64,000 bases of DNA, taken from contig JBKOYD010000016.1 of NCBI GenBank assembly GCA_046725195.1, positions 49,451 through 113,450 on the forward strand, read 5' to 3'. Both the position numbers and the translations under genes were made by a program. The notes beneath the pieces were generated by a model. That model worked only from the letters and a program-made list of their open reading frames with translations, searched no databases and had not been told where the DNA came from. This document shows positions 32,682 to 42,906 of the stretch, in pieces. Source of the DNA: Acidobacteriota bacterium (GTDB lineage Bacteria > Acidobacteriota > Blastocatellia > Pyrinomonadales > Pyrinomonadaceae). The number at the start of each line of letters is the position of its first letter. Position 1 is the stretch's first letter.

Positions 32682-34070
32682 CTATTTGAGTTTCTTCTTT
32701 ACTTCGGCCGGTACGCCAGCCACCAACGAATCGGGCGGCACATCCTTCGTTACTACCGAACCCGCCCCGGTAACGGACCGGGAACCGACACGAACCGGGG
32801 CCACCAACATCGTATCCGATCCGATCCTAACATCGTCTTCGATAATGGTTTCGTGCTTGGTCGTTCCGTCGTAGTTACAGGTTACCGTGCCGGCCCCGAT
32901 GTTTGTGCGCTCCCCAATAGTTGCATCTCCGAGATACGTGAGGTGCATTGCCTTTGCTTTGCGCCCAAGACGCGATTTCTTCACTTCGACGAAATTGCCA
33001 ACCGTGGCCTTCTCTTCCAGCTTCGCGTTCATCCGCAGATGCGCAAATGGACCCACAGCACAGTTTGCCTCTATCTCAGAATCGATGATTATGGAATGGT
33101 CCTTTACCACCACGTCGCTTCCCAGCCTTGAATTTGAGATGCGCGTGCCGGAGCGGATCAAGCAACCTTCGCCGATTACAGATTTTCCTTCGACGGTTAC
33201 GTCCGGATAAATGACGCAGTCCCTCCCGATTTGAACGTCAGCGCCGATGTAAGTGTGGGATGGATCGATAAAGGTAACTCCGCCCTCAACCATCAATCTG
33301 CGGATGGTTCCTCGGCGAAGTAGATTCTCGAACTCGGCTAGATCGGCCCTGGTGTTGATCCCCGAAACTTCCCGTGCGTCATTGTGGAGGTAGACACTGA
33401 CTTTCCCGCAATCAGACAGGAGAATTTCGGCGACGTCAGTCAGGTAGTACTCACCCTGTTCATTGGCTGGTTCAACGCGCCGGAGCGCTTTGAAAAGATC
33501 CCTTGTTTCAAAGCAATAGATTCCCGCGTTGATTTCCCTGACTTGTCGTTCTTCCGGCGTGGCATCTTTGTGTTCGACAATTCGTTGAAAGGCATCTCGA
33601 TCGTCGCGAATTATGCGTCCATAGCCTGTGGGATTTTCCAGTCGGACACTGAGAATGGAACAAACAGCATCGGTCTCACGATGATGATCTACGAACTTTC
33701 GCAGCGTGTCAGTGCGTATCATCGGCACGTCGCCCGACAGTATCAGCAGAATCGAATCCGAGCCTTCCAGCAGAGTACGAGCAGACTCCACAGCATCGCC
33801 CGTTCCTCGCTGTCTTGCCTGCATCGCAAAGCTTGCTAGTTCACCAGCTTCAGTCAGAACAAGCTGTTCAACTTCTTCTGCCTGATGACCGACCACAACC
33901 ACAATTGTCTGAGGATCCAGTGATTGAGCTGTTCTGACGACGTGCGTTATCAGCGGAACCCCTCCAAGCTCATGCAAAACCTTCGCGTGCTTGGACTTCA
34001 TTCTGGTGCCCAGGCCGGCTGCAAGAATCAGTACTTGCAGCGGTTGGCGCTTCGTGTCGTCATGTACCAA
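32682..34070 (-). CDS. glmU: bifunctional UDP-GlcNAc diphosphorylase / GlcN-1-P acetyltransferase
   Basis: [13 protein letters not shown], with left-handed beta-helix hexapeptide repeats in the C-terminal half. Confidence 0.95.
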   Translation of the reverse strand: MVHDDTKRQPLQVLILAAGLGTRMKSKHAKVLHELGGVPLITHVVRTAQSLDPQTIVVVVGHQAEEVEQLVLTEAGELASFAMQARQRGTGDAVESARTLLEGSDSILLILSGDVPMIRTDTLRKFVDHHRETDAVCSILSVRLENPTGYGRIIRDDRDAFQRIVEHKDATPEERQVREINAGIYCFETRDLFKALRRVEPANEQGEYYLTDVAEILLSDCGKVSVYLHNDAREVSGINTRADLAEFENLLRRGTIRRLMVEGGVTFIDPSHTYIGADVQIGRDCVIYPDVTVEGKSVIGEGCLIRSGTRISNSRLGSDVVVKDHSIIIDSEIEANCAVGPFAHLRMNAKLEEKATVGNFVEVKKSRLGRKAKAMHLTYLGDATIGERTNIGAGTVTCNYDGTTKHETIIEDDVRIGSDTMLVAPVRVGSRSVTGAGSVVTKDVPPDSLVAGVPAEVKKKLK

Positions 34071-34088
34071 GCAGGTTCTCCGTGATCT

Positions 34089-35114
34089 CTAGATTGCGAC
34101 CGTTGCGCGCGACAGGGCTTGTTGACGGCAAGCCATAACAACTCGCGCCAGACGCTCCGAATTGTGTCTGACCTTTTCGCCATCATCGAGCAGGTCGGCA
34201 CGCATAATTTGAGTTGCCTGATCGAGAGCCTCATCGATGGGATCGTCTATTCCGATCTGATAGGCGTTTTCAGCCGCGTAGCGCTTCGCTTGCTCTTCGC
34301 TGATTCGGCGGTTGTTGACAACGACAAAATCGAAGTGGATTTCAGGCGCATACTTCTTAACGGTCTCAAGGTGTGCGCGCGCAGTGTACCCATCAGTTTC
34401 ACCCGGTTGAGTCATCAAATTGCTTACGAAAATCTTTGTAGCCTGACTCTGACCGATCACACGTGCGACTTGGGAAACTAAAAGGTTTGGCAAAATGCTG
34501 GTGTACAGCGATCCCGGTCCTACGGTGATTACGTCCGCGGAGCGGATGGCCCTCAAGCCTTGTGGCAGGGGAAGACATTGCTCAGGTTCGAGTCGAAGAC
34601 GACGAATTGGAACTGACGATGCGGAGATTTGAGTTTCTCCCCGGACTTCTGAACCGTCTTCCAATTCCGCTACTAATCTGACGTCGCTAATTGTGGCAGG
34701 GTAAATGTGACCCTTGCTCGCAAGGACCTCTGACGAAAGTCGGATTGCCTCGGTGAAATCTCCGGTTACTTCAGTTAGTGCCGCCAGAAACAGATTGCCA
34801 AAACTATGACCGCCAAGCTCTCCCTCTCCCCGAAACCGATATCTAAAAAGACGGGAGAGCAAGCTCGAATCTTCTGAGAGCGCGATCATGCAATTACGGA
34901 TGTCGCCTGGCGGGAGCATTTGGAGTTCCTCTCGCAGGCGTCCTGAACTGCCGCCGTCATCTGAAACGGTAACTATCGCAGAGAGACCCTCTATCCATAA
35001 TTGATCGGGCGAATTTCCAACCAACTCCTTTAGACCGGCCAGGAGAGTAGAGAGCCCCGTGCCACCTCCGATGGCTACCAGTTGTTGACCGCTGTCGGTT
35101 GATCCCTTTTGCAA
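34089..35114 (-). CDS. yvcK: YvcK/GlmR family (UPF0052, gluconeogenesis factor)
   Basis: AIGGGTGLSTLLAGLK N-terminus and VTVSDDGGSSGRLR block. Confidence 0.85.
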   Translation of the reverse strand: MQKGSTDSGQQLVAIGGGTGLSTLLAGLKELVGNSPDQLWIEGLSAIVTVSDDGGSSGRLREELQMLPPGDIRNCMIALSEDSSLLSRLFRYRFRGEGELGGHSFGNLFLAALTEVTGDFTEAIRLSSEVLASKGHIYPATISDVRLVAELEDGSEVRGETQISASSVPIRRLRLEPEQCLPLPQGLRAIRSADVITVGPGSLYTSILPNLLVSQVARVIGQSQATKIFVSNLMTQPGETDGYTARAHLETVKKYAPEIHFDFVVVNNRRISEEQAKRYAAENAYQIGIDDPIDEALDQATQIMRADLLDDGEKVRHNSERLARVVMACRQQALSRATVAI

Positions 35115-35218
35115 TGGATAGCTCCCGGAAAGACGAATCCCAGGTCAAGTGACGCGTCGAATCATACCCTAATCTGGCAAATTATTGCCTGGCGGTGCGC
35201 AACTCCTCACTGCTCTAG

Positions 35219-36067
35219 CTAGGAGGGATTACTGAAGATGAGTCGATCGAAATCGGGGTCGTTACGGAGCGGATTCAAGTCGTGGTCATGCTGCGCACGA
35301 ACGCGGAGATTTGGCTGAAGGTCGAGGGCTCGCTGTAGCGATTCGAGCGCCAGGTCTATTGAACCCAACCGAGCCCGAGTGGCAGCCAACCCATAATGGA
35401 TGTGTGCGGCCTCAGGTTCCCGTTTGAGGGCGCGTTCAAACATTTCTTGCGCCGCGACATACTCGCCTCGGTTCAGTTCAATTACTCCTCTATCGTAAAG
35501 CGAGTCGGCATCGCGGGGCAGCATGCTTTCGGTACGAAGGCGAGACTCTGCGATAGCCAGATAGGTGCGTGCGCGAGCTGCAACCTCGGATACCTGCGAA
35601 TACTTGTCCAGCAGGATTCGAAACTGGTTGCGTGCCTCGGCGAACCTGCCTCTGACAAACTCTTTGTGGGCGCGTTCGAAAGCACTAAGGGCCGCTGACT
35701 CGTCTTGCGTCGGTTGTCGTGGCGGAGGTGGTGCCGCAGGAGTTGGCCTGACCGCTCGCACTGCCGCGAGTTTCTGCGTCTTTTTGACTCTTGAGACAGC
35801 CACCTTCTTTTGAGCTGACGCAGCTTTGCGAGCCACTGGCTTCGGTGTAGCTTTCCTGGCTTTGACTGCTTGTTTTGGCTTGGCAGCTTTCTTAGTTGGC
35901 CGAAGCTTTACGGCCTTGCGCGCCGGTGGCTTAGCTGTGCTAGCTCGTTTTGCTTGTGGGCGGGACGACTTTGGTTTTGCAGCGTGCTTCGCGGGTTTCG
36001 CCGATGCTCGTTTTGCCGTTGTACGTGATGTTGACCGTCGCAAGCCTTTTGTGAGACTGCTGCTCAT
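35219..36067 (-). CDS. histone H1-like Lys/Ala/Pro-rich N-terminal region fused to TPR repeats
   Basis: The first 110 aa or so are KxAxKPK-type low complexity (AKPAKHAAKPKSS...KKAAKPKQAVKARKATPKP). The C-terminal 150 aa or so are TPR-like (FERALKREPEAAHIHYGLA...). Confidence 0.75.
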   Translation of the reverse strand: MSSSLTKGLRRSTSRTTAKRASAKPAKHAAKPKSSRPQAKRASTAKPPARKAVKLRPTKKAAKPKQAVKARKATPKPVARKAASAQKKVAVSRVKKTQKLAAVRAVRPTPAAPPPPRQPTQDESAALSAFERAHKEFVRGRFAEARNQFRILLDKYSQVSEVAARARTYLAIAESRLRTESMLPRDADSLYDRGVIELNRGEYVAAQEMFERALKREPEAAHIHYGLAATRARLGSIDLALESLQRALDLQPNLRVRAQHDHDLNPLRNDPDFDRLIFSNPS

Positions 36068-36414
36068 CTGGGGAACTTAAAGTGCTGCACAACTGAGTGG
36101 CAGCTGAAGGATCGCGCGGAGCTTACCATAGCTGACGGCCTAAATCAACGAGCACAAGTATTTGCGGGCCCTTTTAACCCATTAAAAACAAAAGTAAATC
36201 CGTAAAAGTACCAACAAAGAAAAACACTTGAAGGTCATTGTTGGCTATGTTAAAGTTCTTGTCGGCTTACGGAGGCTTAATCCACCTCGGCATACGGCCC
36301 CAACCGAATTAGTAATCTCTTTTAGTATCAAAACTTGCGACCCACGAAGCTGCGTTTCGGGTTAACTCTCCGAATACACATACCCGCCCCGGCCTTCAAA
36401 AAAGAGTCGTAACA

Positions 36415-36888
36415 ATGGCAGACACCCCAATCCTGTTGCGCGAGCAACAATACCATCAAATAAAAGCTGTCTTGGCGCGTTTGCGGATGGACTCATCAGC
36501 GAAGGTCGTTTTCCTGGTAGACAAGGACGGTCAGGAAATCGCTTCGCAGGGCGAAGTGGGGAATCTTGACACAACTAGTTTGGCGTCACTCGCTGCCGGA
36601 AACGTCGCCGCAACGGGCGGAATGGCTCAGCTCATAGGAGAAAAGGAATTCCCAACTCTTTCACACGAAGGTGAGAAAGAGAGCATCCACATCTCCGTCG
36701 TCGGCCGGCTTCTGCTCGTGGTTGTTTTTGACGAGCGTTCGAGCCTGGGATTGGTAAAGCTGCGCAGCAAGCAAGTGTCTCAACAACTGGCCGCTATGTT
36801 TGAGGAGATTGCTGCTAGCGACTACGACGACCTTGACTCACCATTCGCCGGAATTACCGACGAAGACATCGACAGTCTCTTTAGCTAA
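36415..36888 (+). CDS. mglB: Roadblock/LC7 GTPase-activating protein MglB
   Basis: Near-identical blocks to Myxococcus MglB as I recall it ([35 protein letters not shown]). Confidence 0.85.
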   Translation: MADTPILLREQQYHQIKAVLARLRMDSSAKVVFLVDKDGQEIASQGEVGNLDTTSLASLAAGNVAATGGMAQLIGEKEFPTLSHEGEKESIHISVVGRLLLVVVFDERSSLGLVKLRSKQVSQQLAAMFEEIAASDYDDLDSPFAGITDEDIDSLFS

Positions 36889-36899
36889 CGACACGTGCT

Positions 36900-37484
36900 A
36901 TGACTTTCATTAACTACGCTTCAAGAGAAATTAACTGCAAGATCGTCTACTACGGCCCCGGTTTGTGTGGAAAGACGACCAACCTGCAGTACATCTTTGA
37001 TTCGACCGCACCCCAGGCGCGCGGCAAGTTGATCAGTTTAGCAACGGAAACTGACCGGACTCTGTTTTTCGATTTTATGCCGCTAGAGTTAGGTACTGTG
37101 CGTGGTTTCAAAACACGATTCCACCTTTATACGGTTCCGGGTCAAGTTTTCTATGACGCGTCGCGTAAGCTTATTTTGAAGGGCGTTGATGGTGTCGTAT
37201 TTGTCGCTGATTCCCAGGAAGAGCGAATGGACGCCAATATCGAGTCGCTGTATAACCTTGAAGAAAATCTTCAATCGCAAGGGTACGACCTCATGAAGAT
37301 TCCGTACGTACTCCAGCTCAATAAGCGTGATCTCAGGAATATCGTTCCGGCGGAAGATTTGGCCGCGGAGTTGCGGCGCAAGGGCGAGCCAGTAGTTGAA
37401 GCTGTTGCTTCAACGGGAGCCGGCGTGTTTGACACTTTGAAGGCTGTTGCGAAGCAGGTATTAACGGAACTGCGGAAGGGTTAG
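36900..37484 (+). CDS. mglA: Ras-like polarity GTPase MglA
   Basis: [51 protein letters not shown]. Confidence 0.9.
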   Translation: MTFINYASREINCKIVYYGPGLCGKTTNLQYIFDSTAPQARGKLISLATETDRTLFFDFMPLELGTVRGFKTRFHLYTVPGQVFYDASRKLILKGVDGVVFVADSQEERMDANIESLYNLEENLQSQGYDLMKIPYVLQLNKRDLRNIVPAEDLAAELRRKGEPVVEAVASTGAGVFDTLKAVAKQVLTELRKG

Positions 37485-37488
37485 CCGT

Positions 37489-38046
37489 CTACGCGAGATC
37501 GAGAGATTTCAGCATTAAAAGTCCGTCCCCACCATTTGAATAGTACTTAGGTAGTCTCTGCGTGATTGAGTAGCCAAGACTTTCGTAGAGTCTTTGCGCC
37601 GGTATGTTCAGAGTTCTAACTTCCAATCGTACCAATCTAACGTGACGTTTGCGGAAGCCATCCTCAACTTGCCGCATTAGTCTCTTCGCGAGATTTCGAC
37701 GTCTGTGTTCTGGTGCAACGCCGACCGTAGTGACGTGACCTGTGTGATCGGGTTCAACTAAACCGATTACAAAGCCCGCCATTACGCCACCGGATGTTAC
37801 CGCGCGATAGGAAACTGACTCGGGTGCAGTCAACAGGTAGTCGAAGGTCTCGCGGCTATAGGCCTCGCCATCGATGAAACACCGCTGATCAAGTCGCCAG
37901 CATTCGTCCAGTTGGGAGATCGTTAGGGGACGGATTTCATACCGAGTTCCCCACGACGGGGTGACTGTCTTTTCTTTAGCCTCGGAGGCGTAGGGAAGAT
38001 CCGATTGTGACCACCAGCGCGAACGAAATTTCTTTAGTACAGCCAT
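37489..38046 (-). CDS. GNAT N-acetyltransferase (RimI-like)
   Basis: Acetyl-CoA motif VGVAPEHRRRNLAKRLM ... RLYESLGY. Confidence 0.8.
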   Translation of the reverse strand: MAVLKKFRSRWWSQSDLPYASEAKEKTVTPSWGTRYEIRPLTISQLDECWRLDQRCFIDGEAYSRETFDYLLTAPESVSYRAVTSGGVMAGFVIGLVEPDHTGHVTTVGVAPEHRRRNLAKRLMRQVEDGFRKRHVRLVRLEVRTLNIPAQRLYESLGYSITQRLPKYYSNGGDGLLMLKSLDLA

Positions 38047-38108
38047 AACCTTTTTGGTATTGGAAGTGAACAGGTGACTTTAGTTTACCATCGACGTTTT
38101 TATAACGC

Positions 38109-39143
38109 CTACAGGATTAACATGCAATCCCCGTAACTGTAAAAACGATAGCGCTGTTTTACGGCGTGACGATAGGCGCGCAAAACGAGCTCGCGCCCCG
38201 CAAATGCACTCACCAACAGAAGCAAGGACGAGCGGGGCAAGTGAAAATTTGTAAGCAGAGCGTCAGCGGCGCGAAACCGGTGGCCGGGCTTAATTGTCAG
38301 ATTAGCGTCGCCACTACCCGCAACAACGCGGCCATCTTCTGAGGCAGAGGATTCCAACGCCCGGATCGTTGTGGTCCCCACTACGATAATCCTCCCGTTC
38401 CTTGCTCGTGCCTGATTAATTGTTCGAGCTGCCGAATCCGATATTTCGAATCGCTCGGAGCTGACTGAATGATCTTGTATATCGTCGACTCTAACAGGCT
38501 CAAAAGTTCCGTATCCTACATGGAGAGTGATCTCCGCCAATGTCGAGCGATCGCATACTTCTGAGACTACTTCGGGTGTGAAGTGTAGCCCCGCAGTAGG
38601 CGCGGCAATTGCCCCACGATGCTTCGAGTAAATAGTTTGGTAGCGTTCGCGATCTTCCGCAGTCACGCCGGTAGGGCGTTTAATGTAAGGCGGCAGTGGC
38701 GTCGAGCCAATTTCAGCAAGCACAGCATCGAAGGAGCCCTCGCAACGAAAATGTACCCTACGCAGTTCATGCCCGGGATCGTCTAATAACTCCGCAACCA
38801 ATTTGCCGTCGCCGAAAACTACATTGCAGCCGCGGCGCAATCTGCTTCCAGGACGAACAAGCGCCTCCCAGACTAGTAGTTCCAATTCCCGGACGAGAAA
38901 GACCTCTACGCGTCCTCCCGATTCTTGTCTTTGACCGATTAACCGAGCGGGGATTACGCGAGAGTTGTTTACAACAACAACATCGTTGGGCTGGAGATGC
39001 TCGGTGAAGGTTTGGAATGTTGAATCAGACCAGGCTTGCTTCTCGCGGTCCAGGACCAACATTCTAGAGGCACTCCGTTTCTCGAGAGGTTTCTGCGCGA
39101 TGAGATCTTCGGGAAGCTCGTAGTCGAAGTCGGAGATAAGCAT
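38109..39143 (-). CDS. queA: S-adenosylmethionine:tRNA ribosyltransferase-isomerase
   Basis: MLISDFDYELPEDLIAQKPLEKR..., TPLPPYI, AAPTAGLHFT. Confidence 0.9.
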   Translation of the reverse strand: MLISDFDYELPEDLIAQKPLEKRSASRMLVLDREKQAWSDSTFQTFTEHLQPNDVVVVNNSRVIPARLIGQRQESGGRVEVFLVRELELLVWEALVRPGSRLRRGCNVVFGDGKLVAELLDDPGHELRRVHFRCEGSFDAVLAEIGSTPLPPYIKRPTGVTAEDRERYQTIYSKHRGAIAAPTAGLHFTPEVVSEVCDRSTLAEITLHVGYGTFEPVRVDDIQDHSVSSERFEISDSAARTINQARARNGRIIVVGTTTIRALESSASEDGRVVAGSGDANLTIKPGHRFRAADALLTNFHLPRSSLLLLVSAFAGRELVLRAYRHAVKQRYRFYSYGDCMLIL

Positions 39144-39220
39144 TTGGACAATGGCTAAACTTTATTTGGTTGATAGCCTACTGCGAAAGATCTGACCACT
39201 GCACCGGAAGATGATGAACA

Positions 39221-40096
39221 TCAGGACGGATGTTCGCGATGAAATACCGCGGTGAGTTGAGCACCGAAGAGAAGGATCAAGCTCGACACATAACTCCAAG
39301 TCAAGACCGCAACGACAGCACCTACCGAACCATAAATCTGATCGTAGTGGAAATAATTAAGGCTCCAGGCAAAGATGTACTTCGCCAATTCCCACAACAA
39401 GCCACCGAGGAACGCCCCCGGCAAAGTGTCTCGCAGGGTCACTTGAGCCCGCGGCATGAAGCGATACACGATTACGAAAAGAGCAACAGTAACCAGGTAA
39501 CTCACTATCGCGAATAAGATTTGCCAAAACGCGCTACCGACCGAAATCATGAGCGGGTAATGTTCAAGTTGTCGTGGTGACAATCTCACAGTCATCTCCC
39601 GAAGAGCGACTAATACTGATGTCACCATCACCGAAAAGGAAAGTAACAAGCCGACAAGGCCCACCATCCCGATTGTCAGCGCTCTTCCATGCCAGAACGT
39701 TCGCGCGGCTGCGCCCCAGATCCGATTCAACGCGCGTTCAACTACCGCAAAAACCCATGACCCGGCCCACAGTACAAGCACGATACAAGTCAGGATTGCT
39801 CCGAATCCAAGCTCAGAAAAAGAACCGATAGTGTCACGGAGAAATTTGCTCGAACCTGGATAAACGTCCACAGCGTGGGCAAGCATCTGGCTGCCGGCGG
39901 CCAGTTTGTTACTGATTGCCAGCAGCAGAAGCAAGGCAGGAAAGAGCGCCATCAGCCCGAAATAGCTCATTGCCGCAGCCGAGGTGAATAGATCGTTTTC
40001 GTGGAACTGATGAAGCGAATGGGAGAGCATCGACCCCCATGGTGATCGGTTACGAACGCCGAATGAATGACGCGAAAATGGAAAGAAGCGCTTCAT
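39221..40096 (-). CDS. YihY/BrkB family membrane protein
   Basis: Six TM helices with the YihY-like N-terminal block AAAMSYFGLMALFPALLLL. Confidence 0.8.
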   Translation of the reverse strand: MKRFFPFSRHSFGVRNRSPWGSMLSHSLHQFHENDLFTSAAAMSYFGLMALFPALLLLLAISNKLAAGSQMLAHAVDVYPGSSKFLRDTIGSFSELGFGAILTCIVLVLWAGSWVFAVVERALNRIWGAAARTFWHGRALTIGMVGLVGLLLSFSVMVTSVLVALREMTVRLSPRQLEHYPLMISVGSAFWQILFAIVSYLVTVALFVIVYRFMPRAQVTLRDTLPGAFLGGLLWELAKYIFAWSLNYFHYDQIYGSVGAVVAVLTWSYVSSLILLFGAQLTAVFHREHPS

Positions 40097-40137
40097 TACG
40101 AAATGCGAAATGCGGAGTACTTCAACTGATAAATCCT

Positions 40138-41181
40138 TTACTGGGGATCAAAGAGGCTGAGCCTGTGAGGGCCAGGCGTATTGACGCCGAAATGATTGTA
40201 CGCGAGGGGGGTTGCCAGCCGCCCGCGAGGGGTGCGATCTAAGAAACCGATCTGAATTAAATATGGTTCGATAATCTCTTCTATGGAATCCTTCTCTTCA
40301 TGAATGGAGGCAGAAATAGTTCCCAGGCCGACCGGTCCGCCATTGAACTTCTCTATGATCGTCAGCAGTAGTTTGCGATCCATTTCGTCCAGACCGTAGG
40401 TATCGACCTCCATGCGGTTTAATGCATCACTTGCGACGTCTTTGTTGATTCGTCCGTCATAATCGACCTCTGCATAGTCGCGCACGCGACGAAGCAGACG
40501 GTTGACAATTCGCGGAGTTCCACGGGACCGACGAGCAATTTCTCTGGCACCCTCGTTGTCAATCTCCACTCCCAGAATCTCAGCTGAGCGTTTGCAAATC
40601 ACTTCGAGATCTTCATGCGGGTAGAAGTCGAGATGAAAGACAATGCCAAAACGGCCGCGTAGCGGGGCCGTGATGAGACCAGCACGGGTAGTGGCCCCGA
40701 TTAGCGTGAACTTAGGCAGCTCGAGTTTTATGGAACGCGCCGAAGGGCCCTGGCCAATCAAAAGGTCCAGTTGATAGTCCTCCATTGCCGGATAAAGCTT
40801 CTCTTCCAAAGCCGGCAAGAGACGATGAATCTCGTCGATGAAAAGCACGTCACCTTCCTGCAGGTTTGTAAGGAGTGCAGCGATGTCACCGGCTTTCTCG
40901 ATAGCTGGACCGGCGGTTGACTTCAGTTCCGCTCCCATTTCGTTGGCGATGATGTTTGCCAAGGTGGTCTTGCCTAAACCAGGAGGGCCAGTGAGCAAAA
41001 CGTGATCGAGAGCTTCATGCCTTCGCAAGGCAGCTTTCATGTAAACCCGGAGGTTTTCTTTCACCTGGCGCTGCCCGATGTACTCATCGATGCGAGTAGG
41101 TCGAAGCGTTACTTCGAGTTGACGATCTTCGTCGGTTGGGAAACTGTCTTTCACTCGCACGGGTGTTGATTCAGGAGCCAT
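40138..41181 (-). CDS. ruvB: Holliday junction branch migration helicase RuvB
   Basis: [38 protein letters not shown]. Confidence 0.95.
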   Translation of the reverse strand: MAPESTPVRVKDSFPTDEDRQLEVTLRPTRIDEYIGQRQVKENLRVYMKAALRRHEALDHVLLTGPPGLGKTTLANIIANEMGAELKSTAGPAIEKAGDIAALLTNLQEGDVLFIDEIHRLLPALEEKLYPAMEDYQLDLLIGQGPSARSIKLELPKFTLIGATTRAGLITAPLRGRFGIVFHLDFYPHEDLEVICKRSAEILGVEIDNEGAREIARRSRGTPRIVNRLLRRVRDYAEVDYDGRINKDVASDALNRMEVDTYGLDEMDRKLLLTIIEKFNGGPVGLGTISASIHEEKDSIEEIIEPYLIQIGFLDRTPRGRLATPLAYNHFGVNTPGPHRLSLFDPQ

Positions 41182-41302
41182 GTCGGTTTCACGGATTCTA
41201 TTTCATTTGACTATACGCCACCAGGAGGGCTTATGTTACTCAGGCAACTGACGAATGCCATACGCGGACATTCTTGCATGCTCGCATCTTTCGCTCAGTT
41301 AC

Positions 41303-41926
41303 TTAAACGCGGGCAAGTTTCCTCAAACCGCGCCTTAGAACAGACTCTACCGTTAAGTCTCCGCCTTCACTAAGCGCGCCGTCGATTGCCTTTTCGGCGG
41401 ACGAGCGTTGATACCCCAGGTTGAGCAAGGCTGAAAGAGCATCTGCGCGCACACTGTCTTCGGTAGGTTCGGCATTGACTTCAGCCTTTGCTCCAAGTTC
41501 TTCTTCAAGTTGCGCCGACGACAGGGCTGCAACTTTCTCTCGCAGTTCAACAATCAGCCGCTCGGCAGTTTTGCGACCTACGCCAGGAATTAGCGTCAGC
41601 CTGGCCAGATTGTTTGTTCGAATAGATGCGATCATTTCATCGGCGCTCATTCCAGAGAGAAGAGTGATGCCTAATTTCGGGCCAATACCGCTAACAGAAA
41701 TTATTTTCAGAAACAGCTCGCGTTCGCGGGCTGTCTTGAAACCGTAAAGCTGCAAGGTATCTTCGCGTACATGTGTGTATATCCGGAGCTGAACATTTGA
41801 ACCTGTGTCTTCGAGATCATAAAAAGTGGAAAGAGGAATCGTGATTTCATAACCGACGCCGCCTACGTCGAGGATTACGGAAGTGGCTTGTTTGGAAAGC
41901 AGCGTGCCGCTGAGATGCGCGATCAT
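41303..41926 (-). CDS. ruvA: Holliday junction DNA-binding protein RuvA
   Basis: MIAHLSGTL..., HhH pair (VSGIGPK, IPGVGRKTAERL). Upstream of ruvB. Confidence 0.9.
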   Translation of the reverse strand: MIAHLSGTLLSKQATSVILDVGGVGYEITIPLSTFYDLEDTGSNVQLRIYTHVREDTLQLYGFKTARERELFLKIISVSGIGPKLGITLLSGMSADEMIASIRTNNLARLTLIPGVGRKTAERLIVELREKVAALSSAQLEEELGAKAEVNAEPTEDSVRADALSALLNLGYQRSSAEKAIDGALSEGGDLTVESVLRRGLRKLARV

Positions 41927-42183
41927 TGCGTTGAAGCCCGAGGTTTCGATTCAAATCGCTGCAAAAAAGTGTTCGGATTGTAGTGGATGGATATTCATTG
42001 AGCAATGCACTCATGTTTGGTATGTCCGATACGCTTTAGCTTGTCGTTGCTCGCGACAAGCGAACCTAAAGATTTGACTGTTGTCGCGCATTAAATCACT
42101 GAGAAGCTTTAAGCCGCGACAGGACAAACTAAAGTTTATCGGACACCACGTTAGCGCTATACTGATAGCGACAGGTCCCTCGA

Positions 42184-42888
42184 ATGAAGTCCGAGAAAAT
42201 ATCAGAACTGACAACCAGCCGCTTGAGCGTCTATCTTCGCTGTCTGAACACCCTCCAGACGGCCGGTATCAAAACAATTTCCTCGCAAGCGCTCGCCGAG
42301 CAGTTCAATCTTAATTCCGCTCAGATTAGGAAGGATCTGGGCTACTTCGGCGAGTTTGGCGTGCGCGGCGTCGGATATTACGTCGAGGATTTGCGCGACC
42401 ACATCACAAGAATTCTCGGTCTCGACAGTCCACATCGTGTCGGTATCGTCGGCGCCGGTCGATTGGGGACTGCGCTGGCCAACTATAATGGATTCGGCAG
42501 ATCAAACTTTACTGTCGTCGCCCTATTCGATAACGACAGTCAAAAGATTGGGCGAAAGATTGGCGACTCCGATATCGTCGTTCACGACGTCGAACGACTT
42601 ACTCAAATTACTCGTGAGGAGTCAATTGATGTGATGGTCATCGCGGTGCCGGCCAAAGCGGCGCAAAGGGTCCTAAATCTGATTATGTCTGCAGGAATCA
42701 AGGCCGTCTTAAACTTTGCACCAGCGTCGCTGAACTCACGACGCGGCGTGAAAGTTAAGACGGTGGATTTAACGACGTCATTGGAATCGTTGTCTTATTT
42801 TCTTGCTCAACCCGCGGCTGGCGCCGTCACTCATTTGCGACGGGCAGCCCCAGGGAAGATTTCGCAACGTAAAGAGCAACAGTTGTAG
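42184..42888 (+). CDS. rex: redox-sensing transcriptional repressor Rex
   Basis: N-terminal winged helix (RLSVYLRCL...ISSQALAE...AQIRKDLGYFGEFG) and a Rossmann fold (VGIVGAGRLGTALANY). Confidence 0.85.
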   Translation: MKSEKISELTTSRLSVYLRCLNTLQTAGIKTISSQALAEQFNLNSAQIRKDLGYFGEFGVRGVGYYVEDLRDHITRILGLDSPHRVGIVGAGRLGTALANYNGFGRSNFTVVALFDNDSQKIGRKIGDSDIVVHDVERLTQITREESIDVMVIAVPAKAAQRVLNLIMSAGIKAVLNFAPASLNSRRGVKVKTVDLTTSLESLSYFLAQPAAGAVTHLRRAAPGKISQRKEQQL

Positions 42889-42906
42889 CTTTCAGGAGTT
42901 AAGGTT

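Noticed and set aside
35826-36080. Plus-strand ORFs (35396-35698, 35565-35813, 35826-36080) over the H1-like/TPR gene
   Set aside because: They are antisense readings of the Lys/Ala-rich low-complexity region (Ala/Gly/Phe-rich products) and are not independent genes.
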